DNA from: Magnetococcales bacterium WMHbin3
Lineage (GTDB): Bacteria > Pseudomonadota > Magnetococcia > Magnetococcales > Magnetaquicoccaceae
Reading direction: 5' to 3'
Length of the DNA: 32,000 nucleotides
Assembly: GCA_002753185.1 (NCBI GenBank)
Contig: PDZX01000001.1
Span: 128,848 to 160,847 of the forward strand
A model generated the notes under the pieces. The model was not told the DNA's origin. It was given only the letters and a program-made list of their open reading frames with translations, and did no database searches. The translations under genes and the position numbers were made by a program. The first letter of the stretch is position 1; the number at the start of each line of letters is the position of its first letter. Of this stretch, positions 1-7,372 are shown piece after piece.

Positions 1-1
1 C

Positions 2-1915
2 ACCAGGGGCGAGGTGTTGCTGTTGATCGATGGACTGGATGAAATCAGCGACCCTGCCGTGCGCATGCTCTTCTGCAAGGAACTGGAGCGCATGGTGGCC
101 CGCTATCCCGAAGTGTCCATGGTCGTCACCTCCCGGATCGTCGGCTATCGCAACATGCCTTATCGCATGGGGTCCGGTTTCGAACATGGCGTGATCGCCG
201 AACTGGACCGTAAGGAGAAGGACGGCTTTGCCGAGCGTTGGGTGCGGGTGACCGAACAACATCTGACCGGGGCGGAACAGGCGTTGCGCGTCCAGGAGTT
301 GCGCGACTCCCTGCACTCCAGCGACCGGATTGAGCGGCTCACCGGCAATCCCATGTTGCTGACCACCCTGGCCTTGGTGAAACGCAAGGTTGGCAAACTC
401 CCCAGCCGCCGGACCAAATTGTATGACGAGGCCGTGGGGGTACTGCTGAACTGGAATCCGCGTTACTACCAGACGATTGAGGAGGAGGAGGCCGTTCCGC
501 AGCTTGAATACGTGGCCTACGAGATGTGCCGCCTGGGGGTCCAGCGCCTGTCGGAGAACCAGTTGCTCGATTTGTTGGACGCGGTGCGCAACGACTATAA
601 AAATCTCCGTGCCATCCACCGCCGCAAGCCAGAGGAGTTCCTCGAATTGTTGGAGGCTCGCTCCAGCATCCTCATCTCCGGGCCTGCCTGGGGGGATGAG
701 CAAAAAAATGGCAAAACCGTATGGGAGTTTCGCCATTTGACCTTTCAGGAGTATCTCGCCGCCCGTGCCCTGCTGGATGGCCGTTATCCTAACCGAGACA
801 AAAATCGTTCCCTGGCCGAACAAGTGGCGCCCTTGGCAGGTCAGGTCAAAATGCCAGATTGGTTTTTTCCAGGCGAATTCCAGGACTCCTGGAGCGAAGT
901 GTTGCGGCTTCTGGTTACCGATTGCCGGGACGACGATGTTGATGATGTCATGCTTGCGATTCTCAACCCCTTGCAGGAGGATGAACCGGAACAAAAAGTT
1001 TTTTCACGTATAATTTTGGCGGCCAGATGCCTGACAGATGAGCCGAATGTGAGCGAGGAGGTTGCAAAACAGCTGCTTGAACGATTTGCCGCAAACTTGT
1101 CCAATAATAATGAATTTGATCATTTTTTATATACAGAAGATTTTGCAAAAAGTGAATGGGCTGAATTATTCGCTCAAGCAATGATTAATGAATATTGTCG
1201 TCGATCAGGTGATTCACGTTCGGCTCTAGGTTACAATTATGGATTAATGAAAGTAAGATCTTGGGAGATGTTAGGTAGTAACCTTCAAGAAACTTTAGCA
1301 GAGAGTATGATAAATTTACAATCAAATTCTCGCATCAAAGTAATTGAATCTGCTTTAGAGGTGGCGCAAATTTTGTTAAAAATTCCTGAAATTGAGGTTG
1401 ATGAGCGACTTTCTGGATTCCTCCTGGATTTATTGCAACGCGATGGAGACCTGATTGTCCATCATGCTGCTGCTACTGCATTAATGTGGTTATTTACGTC
1501 TCGTGATGATCATAACGAAAAAGCAATCATGATGCCGAAAAATGACGCGATTATCAAAATATTACATATTTTAGAAAACATACAAAAAGATGAACCTGAA
1601 GTTAAAAGTTATTTAATTTATGCGTTAAACGCAAGCCAGGATCCAAAATTACTCCCAGTCTTTCAATCAAGGCTGGATGATCCATTTGCTATTGTCAGAA
1701 TTGCCGCGATGGATGCAATCTACCGCTTGCGAGGTAAAAACTGGCGCGAAAATGAGCTCTTTGTAGACGAAACCAACACAGTTTATTGGGACCCTCACAA
1801 GCCAATCACGGAAAAACACATCCAAACAGTCGCCAAAGAGCTAAACCGCTCCAGCGAACAAATCCGTGCCGATTACCAAGCCTTGGCTGAGATTTATCAT
1901 CTGAGATTCGCATGA
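2..1915 (+). CDS. NACHT/STAND-family NTPase, C-terminal portion with HEAT-like repeats (5' end outside the window)
   Basis: The frame is open from the window edge (TRGE precedes the track's GTG start). It has a Walker-B-like VLLLIDGLDE and a NACHT-typical LTGNPMLLTTLALV. A helical region follows, with HEAT/PBS-lyase-like repeats near the C-terminus (e.g. LDDPFAIVRIAAMDAIYRL). Stop codon at 1913-1915. Confidence 0.8.
   Translation, partial: TRGEVLLLIDGLDEISDPAVRMLFCKELERMVARYPEVSMVVTSRIVGYRNMPYRMGSGFEHGVIAELDRKEKDGFAERWVRVTEQHLTGAEQALRVQELRDSLHSSDRIERLTGNPMLLTTLALVKRKVGKLPSRRTKLYDEAVGVLLNWNPRYYQTIEEEEAVPQLEYVAYEMCRLGVQRLSENQLLDLLDAVRNDYKNLRAIHRRKPEEFLELLEARSSILISGPAWGDEQKNGKTVWEFRHLTFQEYLAARALLDGRYPNRDKNRSLAEQVAPLAGQVKMPDWFFPGEFQDSWSEVLRLLVTDCRDDDVDDVMLAILNPLQEDEPEQKVFSRIILAARCLTDEPNVSEEVAKQLLERFAANLSNNNEFDHFLYTEDFAKSEWAELFAQAMINEYCRRSGDSRSALGYNYGLMKVRSWEMLGSNLQETLAESMINLQSNSRIKVIESALEVAQILLKIPEIEVDERLSGFLLDLLQRDGDLIVHHAAATALMWLFTSRDDHNEKAIMMPKNDAIIKILHILENIQKDEPEVKSYLIYALNASQDPKLLPVFQSRLDDPFAIVRIAAMDAIYRLRGKNWRENELFVDETNTVYWDPHKPITEKHIQTVAKELNRSSEQIRADYQALAEIYHLRFA
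985..1915 (+). other. AT-rich 3' segment inside the NACHT ORF (compositional chimera)
   Basis: By eye, the sequence changes from GC-rich to AT-rich around 985-1080. It stays AT-rich exactly up to the stop codon at 1915, and GC-rich sequence (cgcgggggcgggtc) resumes immediately after. Confidence 0.7.
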
Positions 1916-2059
1916 CGCGGGGGCGGGTCTGAGAGTGGGCATTGTCCTGCATCTGCCACGCGCCCATCTTTGCGACCTGTATTTTGACGCTGACTTCCGG
2001 TATGCTTATTGCGAGTTTGCCGGGCATCGTCTCGTTTCTTGCCGCAGGAGGCCCACGCC

Positions 2060-2254
2060 ATGTTCGAAATTCCCGATCTCACCCGCATCAAACTGGATCT
2101 GCTCCGGGAGATTCCCCGTGTTTACGGCAGTCTGCTGGCGCGCCTCAACCGGGAAGGGGTGACGGAAAGCGATCTGCTCAACGATGCCAAGAGCGCCCAG
2201 TGGGGGGGGATTCTGGAGGATTATTACGATCGTTTCATCATGCATGCGGGATGA
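2060..2254 (+). CDS. small hypothetical protein (64 aa)
   Basis: The internal ATG at 2060 is preceded by AGGAGG (2046-2051). Third-position usage looks like the GC-rich host genes. No recognisable motif. The 3' end overlaps the convergent 2238..4412 gene by 17 bp. Confidence 0.45.
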   Translation: MFEIPDLTRIKLDLLREIPRVYGSLLARLNREGVTESDLLNDAKSAQWGGILEDYYDRFIMHAG

Positions 2255-4412
2255 GTCCCACGCCCCGCTCCCGCCACATCCGCCGGTAAAGCCGCTCCAG
2301 ATCCCGCGCGAACCCCGCCGAATCGAACAGGGGGTGGGTCGCGCGATTGGCTGTCAATTGCTCCCGGATGGCGCGCAACCGCTCCGGGTCGCGCGCCAGT
2401 TCCAGGGCCAGCAGGAAATACTCCTCCCAATCCCCGGTGATCAACTCCGGCAATCCCACGGCATGCAACAGACTCGCCCCCACCCGGCTGGCGAAGGTCT
2501 CGCCGATGCGCGTGACCAACGGCACGCCACACCACAAGGCATCGCTGCCCGTGGTGTGCGAGGTGTAGGGAAAGGTGTCCAGGGCCAGATCCATCAATGC
2601 CAGCCGGGCCAGATGCTCCGGCAACGGCAGCCTGGGCGCGAAGATCAGACGCTTTGGATCCACCCCCCGTGCGGCTGCCTCGCGCCGCAGATTGGCCATG
2701 GCCTCCGGGTTGGGCTGCAACAGCCACAAACAACCGCCAGGCACGGCCAACAGCAACCAGCACCAGATGTCGAAGGTCGCGGCGTTGTACTTGAAACTCT
2801 GATTGAAACTGCCAAAAACGAACCCTTGCTCCGGCAAGCCCGCCTGGGCGCGTGACGGCCTGGCGGCCACCTGACGCAGACGGGCGTTGGCCTGATAGCA
2901 GTGGGGAAGCAAGGCCAAACGCTCGGCGAAATGGGCCGCATGCTCTGGAGGGGTCACCCAAGGGTCGCCGATCAGGTACTCCACCAGCCTCGCGTCGCCA
3001 AGCGTCCCCGGATACCCCAGCCAACTCGCCCGCACCGGGGCCGGGCGACAGGCGAGAATCCCCAAACGCGCGCCACCGGTGAAACCCTGCAGGTCCACCA
3101 GGATGTGAATCCCGTCTTCTGCAATGCGGCGCGCCGCCTCCTGGTCGGTCAGGCCGTTCAGCTCCACAAACCGGTCACACCCGGCCCGGATGCGCTGGCG
3201 CACCGGATGACCGTCATCCCGGCCATGGGAATAGAGATGGATGACAAACCGGTTCCGGTCGTGCAACTCGATCAATTCCGCGATCAGGTGGGCCACCGGA
3301 TGCTCCTTGATGTCGGCGGAAAGATAACCGATCCGCAACCGCTCCGGCTGGAATTCCGGCGCCACGGCAATCTCCCGGTATCGGGACACCAGCTTGCCGG
3401 AAAAGCGTTCCGCCAGGGCACGCTGTTCCATGGCCGTCACCGGCAGCGCCAGCGCGACGAACGGCACCATCTCCCCCGCTCCGGCACGCGCCAGGGTCAA
3501 CATCCGTTCGCTGGCCTCCGGCATCTCCCGCCAGTCGCACACGATGGAAAGCAGATGCACCAGCGAGGCGTGGGCCTCCAGAAAATCGGGCCGGCAGGCG
3601 ATGGCGCGTCGATGGCAGGCCATGGCCTCGTCGATCCGACCACGCGCATGCAGGATCAGCCCCAGATTCTGGTATGGCTCGGCCCGCTCCGGATCGAGGC
3701 GGATCGCCTCCCGATAGGCCGCTTCGGCCTCGTCGTGACGCTGCACCACATCCAGCAGAATGGCCAGATTGTTGTAGGCATCGGCATGACCGGGGTGGAT
3801 GCGGATCGCCTCCCGGAAGGCCTGTTCCGCCTCCCCGTGGCGCTCCAGGAGGAACAGGCGGGTGCCCAGATCGAAACGCACCGTGGCATCCCCCGGTTTC
3901 AGACGCGCGATTTCCCGCAAGGCGGTCACGGCATCGGGGAGACGCCCTTGCGACTCCAGCAGTTGATACAGATTGGCGTGGATCTCCGGATCGTCGGGAT
4001 CCAGGCGTGCGGCTTGGCGAAAGGCGGCCTCCGCCTCGTCCGGACGGCTCAGCCCTTGCAGGGCCAGCCCCAGATTGTTCCAGGGATCCGGCTGCTCCGG
4101 CACCAGGCCGAGCGCCCTGCGATAGCACGCCTCCGCCTCGGATGGATGATTTTGCGCCAGATGTTCATTGCCGCGCCGAAAAAGGGCCTGCCCCAGATGG
4201 CCCAGGGTCTCCGCGTCCCCCGGCATCCGTTGCGCGGCCTCTTCCAGGGCGGCGATGGCCTGGTCGTGACGCCCGGTTTGCAGCAGGATCGTCCCCAGGG
4301 CCTTCCAGCCGAAGCCCTCCCCTGGCAGGTCGGCGACCAGGCGTCTGGCCAGCAGCTCCGCTTCCGCAAAGCGCCCTTGCCCGAACAGGGCGATCAATTC
4401 GTCCGCGCGCAT
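2238..4412 (-). CDS. TPR-repeat protein fused to a GT41 (SPINDLY/OGT-like) glycosyltransferase domain
   Basis: The N-terminal half contains many 34-aa TPR units (AEAAYREAIRLDPERAEPYQNLG type). The C-terminal half shows GT41-like blocks (FGSFNQSFKYN, DTFPYTSHTTGSDALWCGVPLVT). The start lies 1 nt downstream of the stop of the preceding M50 gene. Confidence 0.9.
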   Translation of the reverse strand: MRADELIALFGQGRFAEAELLARRLVADLPGEGFGWKALGTILLQTGRHDQAIAALEEAAQRMPGDAETLGHLGQALFRRGNEHLAQNHPSEAEACYRRALGLVPEQPDPWNNLGLALQGLSRPDEAEAAFRQAARLDPDDPEIHANLYQLLESQGRLPDAVTALREIARLKPGDATVRFDLGTRLFLLERHGEAEQAFREAIRIHPGHADAYNNLAILLDVVQRHDEAEAAYREAIRLDPERAEPYQNLGLILHARGRIDEAMACHRRAIACRPDFLEAHASLVHLLSIVCDWREMPEASERMLTLARAGAGEMVPFVALALPVTAMEQRALAERFSGKLVSRYREIAVAPEFQPERLRIGYLSADIKEHPVAHLIAELIELHDRNRFVIHLYSHGRDDGHPVRQRIRAGCDRFVELNGLTDQEAARRIAEDGIHILVDLQGFTGGARLGILACRPAPVRASWLGYPGTLGDARLVEYLIGDPWVTPPEHAAHFAERLALLPHCYQANARLRQVAARPSRAQAGLPEQGFVFGSFNQSFKYNAATFDIWCWLLLAVPGGCLWLLQPNPEAMANLRREAAARGVDPKRLIFAPRLPLPEHLARLALMDLALDTFPYTSHTTGSDALWCGVPLVTRIGETFASRVGASLLHAVGLPELITGDWEEYFLLALELARDPERLRAIREQLTANRATHPLFDSAGFARDLERLYRRMWRERGVGLIPHA

Positions 4413-4413
4413 T

Positions 4414-6585
4414 TCAAAATCCCCCTTCCCGATGGAAAATCTCCAACAAGGTGTTCCACAAGCGGATCAGGGGGCGTTCCGGGCTGGAGGGGAAGGTCAT
4501 CACCCCGCGCGTCACCTGCCCCACGGGGATTGGGGCGTCGGGGGTCAGATCCACCCGGTGGAACGATCCCTCGACGCGTTGTTTCTCCATGTGCTCGCCA
4601 CGTACCGGCACCCCGCCGCCGTGCCGGGCGTCCAGTTCGGGATCGGGCAGGAGGCGGATTGGGGCCGGGTCCTTGCGCAGCACCCGGCCAGGCAGGGGAG
4701 CGGCGGCGGGGTCGTTCGGGTGGAAAATGGCCGTCATGCCGGGGGTGACGCCGGCCAGGTCGCGACCGGCCACGTATCCCTTGATCAGGGGCGTTTGCGG
4801 GTCGATGAGGGTCAACATCGCTTCCCCAGCCGCCACCCGGTCGCCAGGGGCGATCCCCTCGGCGCGTTCCACCACCGTGCCCGCGAAAGGAGCGGATACG
4901 CGCAGTTTTTCCAGTTCCCCGGCGACGAAACGCTGTTCCGCCAGGGCGGTGGTCAACTCCTGTTCCACCACCGCCGGGGCGCGCTCCCGGTTTTTGCCAG
5001 GCTCCGGCGCGTCCACGCCGAGGGCTTCCAGTTCCCAGCGCAGCAGGGTGATGGTCCGGGTCACGCTTTCCATGCGGTAGCGCAATTCGGGGTCGTCGAA
5101 TTCGATCAGAGATTCGCCCAGGGTCACCTCCTGGCCGGTGCGTACCGGAAAACGAGTCACCAGGGCGGCGGTCGGGGCATGGATGACCGTGTGCGCCCCG
5201 GCTTGCAGAACCGCCGGGGCCACGACCCCCGGAAAGCGCGCGGGGGTCAGGGACCAGACCAGCAACGCCATGCCGGACGACAGGGTGATGACCAGGTTGC
5301 GGTTCCAGCGCAACCCCGCGCGCAATCGATGCCAGGCCATGATCTCCCTTCCCACGGGCCGCAGGATGAACCAGCCGATCTCCACCAGAAACAAAAACAG
5401 CCCCAACAGCTTGAAGAAAAAATGGTAGACCAGCAGGGCGATGCCGGCAAACAGAAAAAATCGGTAGCACCACACCACCCAGGCAAAGGCGATCAGGAAC
5501 GCGGCCCGACCCGCTGGCGCCGGTTCCGGAGGGGGATGCCCCCAGCCGAACAGCCACTCGCGCAGCTTCCAGCGTCCCATGGCAAAGGCCCTTTCCTGCA
5601 AATTGGGCAGATCCAGGGCATCCGCGAGGAGAAAATAGCCGTCGAAGCGCATCAGAGGGTTGAGATTGACCGTCAAGGTGACGATCCAGGTGGAACTGGC
5701 CAGCAAAAAGGCCGCCCCGCGCATGGGGCCGTCCTCCAGGAAGCTCCACAGGCAGGCGGCCAGCCCCGCCAGGATCAGTTCCGCCGCCATGCCCGCGCCG
5801 CCCACGGCCAGGCGTTCCCGGCGGCTGGCCAGTTTCCACGCCTCGCTGGTCTCGGTATAAAAGACCGGCCACATCACCAGCAACGCCACCCCCATGGAGG
5901 GCACCCGGCAGCCGAAATGCCTGGCGGTCAGGGCGTGACCCAGTTCGTGCAGCATTTTTCCCGTCAGCAACGCCCCTCCCCAGGCCACCATCCCCAGCGG
6001 ATCGAAGAAGTGGAGGAAGGTCGCCTGGAAGGCCTCCCATTGCCGGATCACCAGCCCCAGGCCGAGCACGGTAAGCGTCAGCACAACCCAGGCGAAGCCG
6101 CGCGTAAACAGCCATGGAATGCCGGGCAGGAGCCGTTGCAAGAACGGATCGGGATGCCACAAGGGGATGCGCAGGAACAGATAATGATGCAACAGCCATT
6201 TTGCCAGTTGCGGTCTGGCCCGTTTTTGCAATTCCAGAAATCGTTGCCGATCCCCCTCGGTTTGAGGGCGCAGCAGGTGATTGCGTTGCAGGTGATCGTG
6301 CAGCGCATCGACCTCTGCGGGGGTGACCCGCAGGGTGGTCTCCCGGTCGATGGCGTCGGCGATGGCCTGAGCCGAGTCCAGTTCCCAGCGTGACAGGATT
6401 TCGAACTCCGGCCACCCCAGCCGGAAAAAACGCCCTGCCGCCGGATCGTGCAACGTCCAGGTGGGAAAACCACCGTCGCCACGGGGACCGGGGTGGAGGG
6501 TCAACTCCTCGCGCAGGGGGGGGAGGGTGGGCACGGAGCACCGTCCAGGTAGCGAGGATCCGGGAACGGGATTGCCATCCGCCAT
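4414..6585 (-). CDS. M50 (site-2-protease-like) zinc metallopeptidase fused to a C-terminal HlyD/barrel-sandwich adaptor-like domain
   Basis: HELGH zinc motif at 5935-5949 (minus strand), embedded in multiple hydrophobic helices. The C-terminal ~250 aa resemble membrane-fusion/HlyD proteins (SAPFAGTVVERAEGIAPGDRVAAGEAMLTLID). I prefer the ATG at 6585 (MADGNPV) to the track start at 6672, because the extra 29 codons are AT-rich intergenic-looking sequence. The start remains uncertain. Confidence 0.85.
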   Translation of the reverse strand: MADGNPVPGSSLPGRCSVPTLPPLREELTLHPGPRGDGGFPTWTLHDPAAGRFFRLGWPEFEILSRWELDSAQAIADAIDRETTLRVTPAEVDALHDHLQRNHLLRPQTEGDRQRFLELQKRARPQLAKWLLHHYLFLRIPLWHPDPFLQRLLPGIPWLFTRGFAWVVLTLTVLGLGLVIRQWEAFQATFLHFFDPLGMVAWGGALLTGKMLHELGHALTARHFGCRVPSMGVALLVMWPVFYTETSEAWKLASRRERLAVGGAGMAAELILAGLAACLWSFLEDGPMRGAAFLLASSTWIVTLTVNLNPLMRFDGYFLLADALDLPNLQERAFAMGRWKLREWLFGWGHPPPEPAPAGRAAFLIAFAWVVWCYRFFLFAGIALLVYHFFFKLLGLFLFLVEIGWFILRPVGREIMAWHRLRAGLRWNRNLVITLSSGMALLVWSLTPARFPGVVAPAVLQAGAHTVIHAPTAALVTRFPVRTGQEVTLGESLIEFDDPELRYRMESVTRTITLLRWELEALGVDAPEPGKNRERAPAVVEQELTTALAEQRFVAGELEKLRVSAPFAGTVVERAEGIAPGDRVAAGEAMLTLIDPQTPLIKGYVAGRDLAGVTPGMTAIFHPNDPAAAPLPGRVLRKDPAPIRLLPDPELDARHGGGVPVRGEHMEKQRVEGSFHRVDLTPDAPIPVGQVTRGVMTFPSSPERPLIRLWNTLLEIFHREGGF

Positions 6586-6826
6586 GCTGCCGGTAGATTT
6601 AAGAATATTTATTTTCATGTGTTTAATATATTTTATTTTGTTATTACAGGCATCACTAGGCTTTTGAATCATTGAAATGTGTGTGTCTATACTTGTCTCG
6701 TGATCTCACGATCATGCAAATTGGTTGCAAGGTCAATCGGCCTTCATGGATAGCGATCCTTTCCGTGCAGTTGGGCCGCCAGAGCGTCTTTTGTCTCCAA
6801 GCGGTTTGCCCCGGATTGAAGACGGG

Positions 6827-6856
6827 TTGACATGCAGGAGCCTTTTTCATTAACCT
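6827..6856 (+). promoter_or_regulatory. candidate sigma70-type promoter for the HEPN/ATPase cassette
   Basis: Perfect -35 TTGACA at 6827-6832. After an 18-nt spacer comes a weak -10 TAACCT (6851-6856). The element lies about 75 bp upstream of the 6929 start codon. Motif match only. Confidence 0.25.
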
Positions 6857-6870
6857 CAAAGTGACAAAGA

Positions 6871-6886
6871 AATTTCCAGGGAAATT
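6871..6886. promoter_or_regulatory. inverted repeat AATTTCC-AG-GGAAATT (possible operator)
   Basis: Two 7-bp arms are separated by 2 nt. The repeat lies between the candidate promoter and the GGAGG ribosome-binding site (6917-6921) of the 6929 ORF. Confidence 0.2.
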
Positions 6887-6928
6887 CTTAGGAACTCCCC
6901 TCTGGCGAACCATGATGGAGGCGGATGA

Positions 6929-7372
6929 ATGGCTCAGCAGACGACAAATCCCATTCGGTGCAATCCTGTGAATATTGCAGAATGGTGCCAGATTGCAAGA
7001 GAACGAGGTACGGATGTGGAGATTCTTTGTAACAACAAAAGATATAACATGTCGTTTTATATAGCGGGTTACGTTATAGAGGCCTATTTAAAAGCATACC
7101 ACATGACGAAAGGATGGCGTCCACCCATATCTGGACGAGTTGGGCATAATCTTTCGGAGTTATGGAAAAAGTCAGAGTTGCAATTCGGTTCTTCAGATGA
7201 AGATGTGGGGGTGGAAGAATTTATCCTACAAAAATGGTCAACTGATTTACGTTATTGTTCCGCAGATGTGTTGCCTGCCAACATTTCGATTGACAATATC
7301 GTGGTTGGGACGAAAAAATTGGCGCGGACCATTGCGAGCGCTGTCAAACGTTCAAAGAGATCCGGCAAATGA
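6929..7372 (+). CDS. HEPN-domain-like protein (147 aa), putative effector or partner of the downstream ATPase
   Basis: GGAGG lies 7 nt upstream of the ATG. The helical pattern matches classical HEPN (PF05168-type): YVIEAYLKAY, then GHNLSELW, then DLRY. I could not find a canonical Rx4-6H catalytic motif. The stop overlaps the next start (ATGA at 7369-7372). Confidence 0.7.
   Translation: MAQQTTNPIRCNPVNIAEWCQIARERGTDVEILCNNKRYNMSFYIAGYVIEAYLKAYHMTKGWRPPISGRVGHNLSELWKKSELQFGSSDEDVGVEEFILQKWSTDLRYCSADVLPANISIDNIVVGTKKLARTIASAVKRSKRSGK

Noticed and set aside
2901-4748. 615-aa plus-strand ORF (and nested ORFs 3214..4128, 3674..5080) overlapping the TPR/OGT and M50 genes
   Set aside because: It is antisense or out of frame relative to genes with clear TPR, GT41 and HExxH motifs. 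The translation is Arg/Pro/Gly-rich low complexity, typical of shadow ORFs in GC-rich DNA.
4394-6541. 715-aa minus-strand ORF in an alternative frame of the M50/HlyD gene
   Set aside because: The same strand and region is already explained by the 4414..6585 frame, which carries HELGH and TM helices. This frame gives only Arg/Gly/Pro-rich sequence with no motif.
6656-6913. 85-aa minus-strand ORF in the spacer left of the HEPN-like gene
   Set aside because: It has no ribosome-binding site or motif, and composition is mixed. It overlaps the putative promoter/operator region and is probably non-coding. I also found no convincing RNA secondary structure there.
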